Positions 18,691 through 27,226 of a stretch of 64,000 nucleotides of DNA are shown here, one piece after another; the first letter of the stretch is position 1; the number at the start of each line of letters is the position of its first letter. The position numbers and the translations under genes were made by a program. Below the pieces are notes generated by a model. It saw nothing but the letters and a program-made list of their open reading frames with translations, searched no databases and had not been told where the DNA came from. The stretch comes from Candidatus Multivorans sp. (GTDB taxonomy: Bacteria > Acidobacteriota > Thermoanaerobaculia > Multivoradales > Multivoraceae). Location: positions 3,840,001-3,904,000 of the forward strand of contig OZ245033.1 in assembly GCA_965224025.1 (NCBI GenBank), written 5' to 3'.

Positions 18691-19260
18691 ATGGCCGGCT
18701 ACAACATGAACCAGGTCCGAACCGGGCTGAAGGTACTCGAGAGCGGTGAGCCGAACGTGATCATCGCCTGCGACTTCATCAAGCCCGGCAAGGGGCAGGC
18801 GTTCACTCGCGTCAAGATGCGCAACCTGCTGAGCGGACGAGTCAACGAGAAGACGCTCAAGCCCGGCGATCTACTCGCGGGCGCCGATGTCGTCGACACG
18901 TCGATGCAGTACCTCTACAGCGACGGCGAACACTGGTTCTTCATGGACTCCGACACCTACGACCAGGTCGAAGCCGACGCACAGGCTCTCGCGGGCGACG
19001 AGCAGTGGATCAAGGAAGAGGACGTGTGCGACGTGACGCTCTGGAACGGCCATCCGATCCAGGTCAAGCCGCCGAACTTCGTGGTCCGGGAAATCGTCGA
19101 GACGGACCCCGGCCTCAAGGGCGACACGTCGAGCGGCGGCAGCAAGCCCGCCAGGCTGGAAACCGGGGCCACAGTCAAGGTGCCCCTGTTCATACAGAAC
19201 GGCGAGTCGATCCGGGTGGACACCCGCACCGGGGAGTACGTTTCCCGCGCCAAGAGCTAG
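18691..19260 (+). CDS. efp: elongation factor P
   Basis: [34 protein letters not shown]. Confidence 0.96.
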   Translation: MAGYNMNQVRTGLKVLESGEPNVIIACDFIKPGKGQAFTRVKMRNLLSGRVNEKTLKPGDLLAGADVVDTSMQYLYSDGEHWFFMDSDTYDQVEADAQALAGDEQWIKEEDVCDVTLWNGHPIQVKPPNFVVREIVETDPGLKGDTSSGGSKPARLETGATVKVPLFIQNGESIRVDTRTGEYVSRAKS

Positions 19261-19279
19261 CGACCAGGGAGGCCGCCAC

Positions 19280-20266
19280 GTGACCGGCAACGACGCCGAC
19301 TGGCGCCCCACCGCTACCCCTGAAGCCCTGCGCCGACGCGCGGCGATGCTGGCCGAACTGCGCGCCTTCTTCGCCGAGCGGGGCGTACTCGAGGTCGAGA
19401 CGCCGCTCCTGAGCGCCGAGACCACACTCGACCTGCATCTGGAGAGCCTGAGCTCCGAGATCGAAGCGCCGGGTTTCCCGAAGCGCCGGATGTACCTCCA
19501 GACTTCACCCGAACTGGCGATGAAGCGGCTGCTCGCCGCGGGTTCCGATTCGATCTACCAGGTCTGCAAGGCGTTTCGCGACGGCGAGCGCGGCCGATGG
19601 CACAACCCGGAGTTCACGATCCTTGAGTGGTACCGCGTCGGTTGGGACCACCACCGGCTGACGCGAGAGGTCGTGGCTCTGATCGAGACGCTTCTCGCCG
19701 GTTCGCGGCGCCTCGAAGCAGCGTTCTACGCGAGCTACGCCGACCTGACGAAACAACACGCCGGAGTCGATCCGCACGACACGCCGACCCGAGCCCTGCG
19801 CCAGGCCGTGGAACGGTCGCCCGCACACCGGAACACCGACGGTCTCGACCGCGACGACCTGCTCTCCCGTGTGTTCGTCGACCAGGTCGAGCCCCACTTC
19901 GCACCCAACCGGGTGACCGTGGTCTTCGACTACCCGGCCTCCCAGGCCGCGATGGCCCGGCTTGGCGCCAGCGATCCGAGGACGGCAAAGCGCTTCGAGG
20001 CCTACGTGGGGCGTATCGAGCTCGCCAACGGCTACGGCGAATTGAGCGACCCGGCCGAACAACGACAGCGCCTCGACCGCGACCTGACCAGGCGCCGGAA
20101 ACTCGGCCGGCCACTGCCGCCGATGCCATCCCGGTTCCTTGCCGCCCTCGAGGTCGGTCTGCCCTGTTGCGCCGGGGTCGCCCTGGGCTTCGACCGCCTG
20201 CTCGGACTCGACCTGGGCGCCCAGAGGATCGACGAGCTCATCGCCTTCCCGGTCGAGCGCGCCTGA
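19280..20266 (+). CDS. epmA: EF-P lysine aminoacylase
   Basis: LQTSPE..MKRLLAAG, HNPEFT.LEWY, ELANGY.EL, GVALGFDRL; no anticodon-binding domain; next to efp. Confidence 0.92.
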   Translation: MTGNDADWRPTATPEALRRRAAMLAELRAFFAERGVLEVETPLLSAETTLDLHLESLSSEIEAPGFPKRRMYLQTSPELAMKRLLAAGSDSIYQVCKAFRDGERGRWHNPEFTILEWYRVGWDHHRLTREVVALIETLLAGSRRLEAAFYASYADLTKQHAGVDPHDTPTRALRQAVERSPAHRNTDGLDRDDLLSRVFVDQVEPHFAPNRVTVVFDYPASQAAMARLGASDPRTAKRFEAYVGRIELANGYGELSDPAEQRQRLDRDLTRRRKLGRPLPPMPSRFLAALEVGLPCCAGVALGFDRLLGLDLGAQRIDELIAFPVERA

Positions 20267-20276
20267 GCGCCTTCCG

Positions 20277-20894
20277 CTACGGCGCCGGCCGGCCCACGGA
20301 CACCGCGATGGCGGCGGGTCCCGGCGGCAGGACTTCCAGGAGCTCGACCGCGGGCCGCTCGTCATAGAAGATCGTCGCGAGACGCCCATACACCCGCTTC
20401 GCCGCCCCCGCGCGCGGCGCCGCGAGACCGAAGTGCCGACGAATCTCCGAATCCGGCTCGATCGCCAGCAGGCTGTGCGTACTGATCCGCCGCAACCGCC
20501 GGTGACGGATCAGGATGTGCCCGAGCGGCGATCTCTCGCTCAGAATATCGAGCCGCGCTTCGTCGGTCGCGAACCGCAGGTTGAAGAGCATGATCCCGAA
20601 CTGGACCACGGCGGTACTGCCCCGCCCCGTCTCGCCACCGGCGCCCGCAATTCGGCGAAGGAGAATCCTCCGCGCGTAGTGGTGCTGGTGGACCACCCGG
20701 TCCAGAACGACGACCTCGACCGGGCCGCGGTGGTATTGCTCAAGGGTCACCGTCATATGGCTCTCGTGAACCAGCAGACTCCGTTGCGGTTGCGGAACGG
20801 CGCTTTCCGGCACGACGGTCGACGGCGGCGAATCCCTACGGAACAGGCCGTACAGGTCGCTGATCGTGTGCGGCAACCGATCCACCTGCCTCAT
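20277..20894 (-). CDS. hypothetical protein, chorismate-lyase/UTRA-like fold
   Basis: LLVH..HMTVTLE, R.ILL, PLGHILI, YGR....Y...PAVELLEV pattern. Confidence 0.55.
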   Translation of the reverse strand: MRQVDRLPHTISDLYGLFRRDSPPSTVVPESAVPQPQRSLLVHESHMTVTLEQYHRGPVEVVVLDRVVHQHHYARRILLRRIAGAGGETGRGSTAVVQFGIMLFNLRFATDEARLDILSERSPLGHILIRHRRLRRISTHSLLAIEPDSEIRRHFGLAAPRAGAAKRVYGRLATIFYDERPAVELLEVLPPGPAAIAVSVGRPAP

Positions 20895-22132
20895 CTCACT
20901 CCCGCTCCCCGCGGTCCCGCGTTTCGGTTGCGAGCCTGTCTCACGGTACGGCCTCTCCGCGCCCGGCTACGACCACTCCCGGCCCTCTTCCCCGACTCCA
21001 GCAGGCCGGCGCCTTCGACCTCGGGCGCCAGCACGAAGCGGCGCCAACCCTCGATCTCGCCCGGCCAGGCCCAGGCCCCGCGCTCCAGACTTCGCGCCGC
21101 CCATGTCTCCAGCGTCCGCCGGGGCACGAGGGCCTCGGCCGGGAGATCGAGGTCGGCGGCAACGCGCGCAACCAGCTCCCGCAGCCCCTCCACAAGATGG
21201 CTCGACGACCGCCCACCCGAGCGCTCCAACCGCTGCGGGAGTTCGCTCTCGGGCAAGGTTGCCGCGCCTCGCACCAAGTCCAGCAGGGTCGGACCGTACC
21301 GGCGCGCCTGTCCAGGACCGATGCCCTTCACCGAGGCCACATCCTGACCGTTCCGCAGCAACCGTCTCGCGATATCGAGGACGGCCTCGTCCTTGAGTAC
21401 GAAGCCGCGGGGAAGGTCGCGCCCGCGAGCTCGCTTCTCGCGCCACTCGCAGACCGCCCGCAGAGCAGCCAGTTGACGCCGCGACATCCCCGGACGCCGT
21501 AGCCGTTGATACGACCACTCCCGGCGCAACCGCGCCTTGGAGGCGCGCAGCAGGCGGCCGAACTCCTCCTCAGCCCAAGCCTCACGACCGAGGTCCACCA
21601 GCTTCGCCTGCAACAGCTCGTGAGCGGGCAGAAGATACGCGACATCGAGGCCCGCGTAGCGCACCTGCTCCTCGCTCAGAGGCCGCCGCAACCAATTGGA
21701 CCGTTGCGCTCCCTTGGCCAGTTCGACCTCGAACAGGCTCGAGACCAGATGAACGTAGCCCAGCGAACCCCCAAGGCCGCAGAGCGTGGCCGCGACCTGA
21801 CAGTCGAACAGGTGCTCGGGAGCGAAGCCGAAGGCATGCTGGAAGATCTCCAGGTCCTCACTCGGCGAGTGGAACACCTTGGTCACCGCGGGCGACCTGA
21901 CCACCGTCGCAAGTGGAGAGCTGTCCCCGACCGCCACCATGTCTACCAGGTAGCAGCCGGACGAGTCCGCGACCTGGATCAGACCGAGCCTGGGGAAGAA
22001 GGTCCGTTCGCGGATGAACTCCGTGTCCAGACCCACCGCCGGCTCACGCAGCCAGCGGTGAGCGAGTTCGGCCAGGCGATCGTCACGGTCCACGACCTCG
22101 GGCGTCGGCGGCGGGGGAAGTCTCATCAGCAC
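20891..22132 (-). CDS. rnd: ribonuclease D
   Basis: GLDTEFIRERTF, DCQVAA, W.RRPL...Q..YA..DV, C-terminal HRDC region. Confidence 0.9.
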   Translation of the reverse strand: MLMRLPPPPTPEVVDRDDRLAELAHRWLREPAVGLDTEFIRERTFFPRLGLIQVADSSGCYLVDMVAVGDSSPLATVVRSPAVTKVFHSPSEDLEIFQHAFGFAPEHLFDCQVAATLCGLGGSLGYVHLVSSLFEVELAKGAQRSNWLRRPLSEEQVRYAGLDVAYLLPAHELLQAKLVDLGREAWAEEEFGRLLRASKARLRREWSYQRLRRPGMSRRQLAALRAVCEWREKRARGRDLPRGFVLKDEAVLDIARRLLRNGQDVASVKGIGPGQARRYGPTLLDLVRGAATLPESELPQRLERSGGRSSSHLVEGLRELVARVAADLDLPAEALVPRRTLETWAARSLERGAWAWPGEIEGWRRFVLAPEVEGAGLLESGKRAGSGRSRARRGRTVRQARNRNAGPRGAGVR

Positions 22133-22268
22133 GCAAGCGACGGCAGGGCGACCGTCCGCCGGATGCTAGCGCCGCGACACGATCACCGCTCCCCCTCCCC
22201 CAAACGTCTTGGGCTCCAGCCCTCCTCCAACATAGAATCGATCAGCCCTCGGAGAACCGGATTCTGCC

Positions 22269-23204
22269 ATGACCTCCATGTCCGTACCCCTGATCGTCCT
22301 CGGGGGCAGCGACCGCCGCCCGGCATACATGCCTCCCGGCGGCCGCTCCAAGCATCCGCTCGCAGGCATCAAGGGCGTCGACGTGAAGATCGGCGGCAGG
22401 CCGCTTATCGAGGTCGTCATCGAGCGGATTCGCCAAGCCGGCGCATTCGACCCGATCTATGTCGCCGGGCCGGGACACGCCTACCGGTCGCTCACCGACG
22501 GGATCTCGATCGATACGGACGGCGGCTTCGGCCGAAACATCCAGGTCGGCGTCGAAACAGCCCGCCGACTGCACGGCGACGGGCCGCTGGCGATCGCCAC
22601 CTGCGACATCGTCCCGGACCCGGGCGAGATGCGGACGGTGGTCGAGGACTTCTGGGGCCACAGCCCGCTGGACTTCTTCTTCCCCATGATCGAGGCGCCG
22701 CGGAACCCCGAACGGCTCGGTGCGTCCGAGTGGAAGCCGCGATACCACGTCAAGCCCGAGGGAGCGTCCACGCCAGTACCCGTGCTGCCCGGTCATCTGG
22801 CCATGTTCGACTCCGCGGCGCTGCGCTGGAAGTTCATGTACCGGCTGATGGATCTCGCGTACCGCACTCGCAACCGCCCGATCCTCTACCGCAACACCTA
22901 CATGGCCCGACGCCTCCTGTGGATCATGCTCGTTCAGGACTTCATTCACCTGCTGAACCTCCGGCTGCCCACCTTCACCTCGGACACGCTGCTCTCCGGC
23001 ACGTGGGCCGCCCGGCGTCTCAAGGAAAAAGTCATCCAGCAGTCCGAACTCGAGCTCGCTGTTCGCCGCATGTTCATCAAGCGCCGCCACCGCCGGAAGT
23101 ACCCCGAACGCAAGGTCCGGATGCCCGTCCTCGACGCGATGTCCCTGGCCCGCGATATCGACACCCAGGAAGAAGCCGTCGCCTTCGGGGCCGTGACTGC
23201 GTGA
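22269..23204 (+). CDS. NTP-transferase (MobA/GT-A-like) family protein
   Basis: IVLGGS...K...IGGRPLI, IATCDI, DIDT motifs. Confidence 0.6.
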   Translation: MTSMSVPLIVLGGSDRRPAYMPPGGRSKHPLAGIKGVDVKIGGRPLIEVVIERIRQAGAFDPIYVAGPGHAYRSLTDGISIDTDGGFGRNIQVGVETARRLHGDGPLAIATCDIVPDPGEMRTVVEDFWGHSPLDFFFPMIEAPRNPERLGASEWKPRYHVKPEGASTPVPVLPGHLAMFDSAALRWKFMYRLMDLAYRTRNRPILYRNTYMARRLLWIMLVQDFIHLLNLRLPTFTSDTLLSGTWAARRLKEKVIQQSELELAVRRMFIKRRHRRKYPERKVRMPVLDAMSLARDIDTQEEAVAFGAVTA

Positions 23205-24535
23205 ACGCGGGCGCCCGCGTCATCCGTACGGCCCTCCTGGCGGCGGCGCTCGGCGCGCCGCTCTCGGCCGAGCCGCACCTGGTGCTGTTCTCGGTGGATA
23301 CCCTGCGGGCGGACGCGGTCGGCGCCTACGGAGCCGAGGGTGCGACGACGCCGACGATCGACGCTCTCGCCGCCGCGGGAATGCTGTTCGAGGACGCCCA
23401 GACCACGATCGGCAAGACGGGACCCGCTTTCGCCTCGATCTTCACGTCCCTCTATCCGCCGACGCACGGCGCCCGCCGCAACGCGCAGCGGATGCGGACC
23501 GATATCCCGGTCCTCGCAGAGATCCTGGGCGAAGCGGGCTACGAGGCCGGGGCCTTCATTTCGAACTGGACGCTGCGAGCCGACCTGGTCGGCCTGGACC
23601 GGGGTTTCGACCACTACGACGAGGAGTTCGACCAGAGCCGGAACGCGGTCGGCGTCATGGAACGGAACGCCGACGACATCGCCAGGGCAGCGGAGCGCTG
23701 GCTGCGCCGCCGCGCCGGCGACGAAGAACGAAACGAACGGCCGCTGTTCCTCTGGGTCCACTTCTCCGACCCCCACAATCCCTACCTGGAGCGCGCCGGC
23801 TTCACGCCTCCACGGCCGCCGAAGGAGAAGCGAACCGCAGGCTGGCAGAAGCGCTGGCGCTACCAGTCGGAAGTGAACTACGTCGACCACTGGCTCGGCG
23901 AACTGTCCGAGGCGATCGAGGAGCTGCTGCCCGGGCCCCGCTTCACCCTGTTCCTGAGCGATCACGGCGAGAGCATGGGCGAGCACAGCTACTGGGGACA
24001 CGGCAAGAACGTCCACTGGCCGAATGCCCGCATCCCGATGATCCTCGCCGGTCCCGGACTACCACCCGGCCTCGAGATCCAGGCGCCGGTCGGCGTCATC
24101 GATGTGCTGCCGACGATCCTGGAACTGCTCGATATCGAAGCACCGGACGGTGTCGAGGGACGGAGCCTGGTTCCAACCGGAAGGGAGACGAAAGCCGTTC
24201 AGCGGCCGCGGTACGTCATCGGCGACCGCCACACCGCACTGTTCGGCAAGTCGCGCCGCAGCGCGCCATACGAGAACCCCCTGCAGATCAGCATGGAGCT
24301 CGAAGGCGCGAAGGTGCTGCATGACTTCTCGAAACGCAAGACCGTGTACTTCGACCTGACCGTCGATCCGCGCGAGGAGAAGCCGCTTTCAGAGCCCCCG
24401 GTCGATCTGGTCCCGCCCCTCGGCCGCCGTCTGGTGAACTGGTACCGCGCCTTGCCGAAGTACGAGGCCAAGAGCTCGACCGTCCTCAGCGAGGACGACA
24501 TCAGCCAGCTCAAGAGCCTCGGCTACATCGACTAG
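23201..24535 (+). CDS. secreted sulfatase-like (alkaline phosphatase superfamily) hydrolase
   Basis: VDTLRAD, FLWVHFSDPH.PY, SDHGE, H..N, C-terminal LKSLGYI; GTG overlaps the upstream stop. Confidence 0.85.
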   Translation: MNAGARVIRTALLAAALGAPLSAEPHLVLFSVDTLRADAVGAYGAEGATTPTIDALAAAGMLFEDAQTTIGKTGPAFASIFTSLYPPTHGARRNAQRMRTDIPVLAEILGEAGYEAGAFISNWTLRADLVGLDRGFDHYDEEFDQSRNAVGVMERNADDIARAAERWLRRRAGDEERNERPLFLWVHFSDPHNPYLERAGFTPPRPPKEKRTAGWQKRWRYQSEVNYVDHWLGELSEAIEELLPGPRFTLFLSDHGESMGEHSYWGHGKNVHWPNARIPMILAGPGLPPGLEIQAPVGVIDVLPTILELLDIEAPDGVEGRSLVPTGRETKAVQRPRYVIGDRHTALFGKSRRSAPYENPLQISMELEGAKVLHDFSKRKTVYFDLTVDPREEKPLSEPPVDLVPPLGRRLVNWYRALPKYEAKSSTVLSEDDISQLKSLGYID

Positions 24536-24566
24536 CAGGCTGCGCTGCGCCTGCGCAGCGCTGACT

Positions 24567-24683
24567 TGCAGGGAACTGGCCGCCGACTGGGTGCGCGGGT
24601 CTTCTGACCCGCTGCCGCCGGAGGCGGCCAGAAACACGTGCCGGCCGCCCGGCCGGCTCCGCTCTGGCGGCCAGTTCCATGCA
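24567..24683. repeat. REP-containing cassette bracketed by a 13-bp inverted repeat
   Basis: GGAACTGGCCGCC (24572-84)/GGCGGCCAGTTCC (24666-78) enclosing REP CTGGGTGCGCGGGTCTTCTGACCCGC (24587-24612) and a GCCGCCGGAGGCGGC hairpin. Confidence 0.7.
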
Positions 24684-24706
24684 TGCTCGCGCCGCTGAAC
24701 GGAGCG

Positions 24707-25966
24707 CTAGTCGCCGGAGCTGACCAGGACGATGCAATCGGCCAGCAGGCCGGTCGCCGTCTCGATCTCGTCGAGAGAGGGCAGCGTCGGGGCGATGCGG
24801 ATGTTCCGGTCCTGCGGGTCGAGGCCGTAGGGGAAGGTGGCGCCGGCGGGCGTCAGCCTGACGCCCGCTTCACCCGCCATCTCGACCACCGCCCGCGCGC
24901 AACCGAGCGCCGTGTCCAGGCTCACGAAGTAGCCGCCCCGAGGCCGGCTCCAGGAAGCGATCCCGAGGCCGCCGAGGCGCTCGTCGAGCACCCGAAGCAC
25001 GGCCTCGAACTTGGGCCGGATCAGGTCCGCGTGCCCCTTCATGTGATCCCGCACCGCCGAGACGGCGCCGTTGAAGAAACGGACGTGCGCGAGCTGGTTC
25101 AGCTTGTTGGGGCCGATCGTCTGAACCGAGCGGAACGCCCGGATCCAGGCGCAGTTTCTCGGACTCGCGGCCACCGCGGCCAGACCCGAGCCACCAAACG
25201 TGACCTTGGAGAAAGACGAGACGAGCAGCGCCCGATCCTCGTTGGCGTGAGCCGCGCAGCGGTCGTAGAGGCTGGCCAGCCGATCCGGTTCACCGTCGAA
25301 GGCGTGCAGCGCGTAGGCGTCGTCCCAGATGACCCGGAAGTCCGGCGCCGCGGTGCGCATGGAGGCAATCGCCTCGACCACGTCGTCCGAGTACGTGACG
25401 CCGGTCGGGTTGCTGTAGCGCGGCACGCAGAACATCCCCTTGACGTTCGGGTCCGAACCCGCGAGGCGAGCGACTTCGTCCACATCGGGGCCGTCGTCGC
25501 CCATGGCAACCAGCAGCATCTCGATGCCATAGCGCTCGAGGACCGCGAAGTGGCGATCGTAGCCGGGACACGGACAGAGGAACTTGACCGGCGTCGATCG
25601 CTTGGGGCCACCCCACGGGTCACCGCCGGGTACACCCATCAGCATCGCCTGCACGACAAGATCGTGCATCCACTGCAGGCTGGCGTTGCCGCCGACGAAG
25701 ACGAGCGCCGGATCGACACCCAGGATCTCGCCGAAGAGCGCCCGCATCTCCGGCAGACCACGGGGGTCTCCGCCGTAGTTCCTGCAGTCCGTGCCGTCGG
25801 CGGCGGGACTGTCCTCCCGCGCAACCGACCCCAGCAGGCCGTGCGAGCGGGCAAGCTGCTCCGGCGACGGTTTGCCGCGGGTCATGTCGAGGCTGAGACC
25901 AGCCGCCCGGGCCGCCGCATAGCGGTCGCGCGCCGCTTCGACGACGGCAGGATCGGTGGCCGTCAC
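24707..25966 (-). CDS. PLP-dependent aminotransferase (actinobacterial AspAT-like class)
   Basis: LDMTRGKP, PGYDRHF, VP.YSNPTG, SFSKVTF, RIAPT. Confidence 0.88.
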   Translation of the reverse strand: MTATDPAVVEAARDRYAAARAAGLSLDMTRGKPSPEQLARSHGLLGSVAREDSPAADGTDCRNYGGDPRGLPEMRALFGEILGVDPALVFVGGNASLQWMHDLVVQAMLMGVPGGDPWGGPKRSTPVKFLCPCPGYDRHFAVLERYGIEMLLVAMGDDGPDVDEVARLAGSDPNVKGMFCVPRYSNPTGVTYSDDVVEAIASMRTAAPDFRVIWDDAYALHAFDGEPDRLASLYDRCAAHANEDRALLVSSFSKVTFGGSGLAAVAASPRNCAWIRAFRSVQTIGPNKLNQLAHVRFFNGAVSAVRDHMKGHADLIRPKFEAVLRVLDERLGGLGIASWSRPRGGYFVSLDTALGCARAVVEMAGEAGVRLTPAGATFPYGLDPQDRNIRIAPTLPSLDEIETATGLLADCIVLVSSGD

Positions 25967-25970
25967 GCCC

Positions 25971-27155
25971 CTACTCTCCGGCTGCCGCCGCGGCATCGTA
26001 GGTGATCCGGTAGATCACGCCGCGCATGTCGTCCGAGACGAGCAGCGATCCGTCGGCGCGCTCCATCACGTCGACCGGCCGGCCCCACGATTCTTCGTCC
26101 TGGAGCCAACCGGTGGCGAACTCCTCGTACCCCGTGGCCCGGCCGTCACTGTCGACACGGACCACCATGACCCGGAATCCGATCTTCTGGCTACGGTTCC
26201 AGGAACCGTGCTCGGCAATGAAGATCTGCCCGCGGTAGCGCTCGGGAAAGGCGCTGCCGAGGTAGAAGCGCATGCCCACGGCTGCCACGTGAGGGTCGAG
26301 GTCGAGAGCCGGCGGCACAAGTTCGCCGCACGGACGCTTGTCGCCGAACTCCGGATCGGCGATGTCCCGGCCGTGACAGTACGGGTAACCGAAGTGCTGG
26401 CCGTCCTCGGTCAGCACGTTCAGCTCGTCGGGCGGGACATCGTCTCCCATCATGTCCCGGCCGTTGTCCGTGAACCACAGTTCGCCGGTGTCGGGATGCC
26501 AGTCGAAGCCGACCGTGTTGCGGACGCCGCGCGCCACGACCTCGGCGTCCCCGTTGGGATCCAGGCGCAGGATGGTGGCGAAAGGATCACCCTCGTCGCA
26601 GATGTTGCACGGCGCGCCGACCGGGACGTAGAGCCGGCCGTCGGGCCCGAAGCGGATGAACTTCCAGCCGTGGTGCCGCCTGTCCGGGAGATCGGCGGTC
26701 ACGACGACAGGTTCGGGCGGCGCGTTCAGGCGGCCGTCGATGTCGTCCAGGCGCACGATGCGGTTGATTTCGGCCACGTAGAGGTCGCCGCCGTGGAACG
26801 CGACGCCGTTCGGTCGGTTCAGGCCCGAAGCCACCTCGTAGCGCCGGTCCGCCTTGCCGTCACCGTCCTCGTCGACGACCGCGTAGACGGCGTCGCTCTG
26901 ACGGAGCCCGCCGGTGCCGACGAAGACGGCCCCGGATGGGCTCTGCGCCAGGGACCGCGCGAGATCGATGCCGGAGGCGAACACGCCGATGGAGAACCCG
27001 GCCGGCAGCTCGATCTCGTCCAGACGAAGTGCCTCGTCGTCGGCCGCGGAGACGGTCCCGGCGAGGATGGCGAGGAGCACGAGGAACACGGACCAACGAA
27101 GAGCAGCGCCATGGGAGCAGGACCGGCTGCGCGGTTCCAAGACTGTGCGGAGCAT
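25971..27155 (-). CDS. secreted glucose/sorbosone dehydrogenase family protein
   Basis: HHGWKFIRFGPDG, GAPCNIC, GVRNTVGFDW, HGSWNR, GRPVDV. Confidence 0.88.
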   Translation of the reverse strand: MLRTVLEPRSRSCSHGAALRWSVFLVLLAILAGTVSAADDEALRLDEIELPAGFSIGVFASGIDLARSLAQSPSGAVFVGTGGLRQSDAVYAVVDEDGDGKADRRYEVASGLNRPNGVAFHGGDLYVAEINRIVRLDDIDGRLNAPPEPVVVTADLPDRRHHGWKFIRFGPDGRLYVPVGAPCNICDEGDPFATILRLDPNGDAEVVARGVRNTVGFDWHPDTGELWFTDNGRDMMGDDVPPDELNVLTEDGQHFGYPYCHGRDIADPEFGDKRPCGELVPPALDLDPHVAAVGMRFYLGSAFPERYRGQIFIAEHGSWNRSQKIGFRVMVVRVDSDGRATGYEEFATGWLQDEESWGRPVDVMERADGSLLVSDDMRGVIYRITYDAAAAAGE

Positions 27156-27226
27156 GCTGTAACTCCTGAGGTGTGTTGAGCTGTGACGCCCGGAACTGAA
27201 GAGTCGGGCAATTCGAAGCGCCGAGA

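Noticed and set aside
21506-24535. 1009-aa ORF ending in a sulfatase
   Set aside because: The upstream part is off-frame or antisense to rnd and the NTP-transferase; the real gene starts at GTG 23201 with a signal peptide
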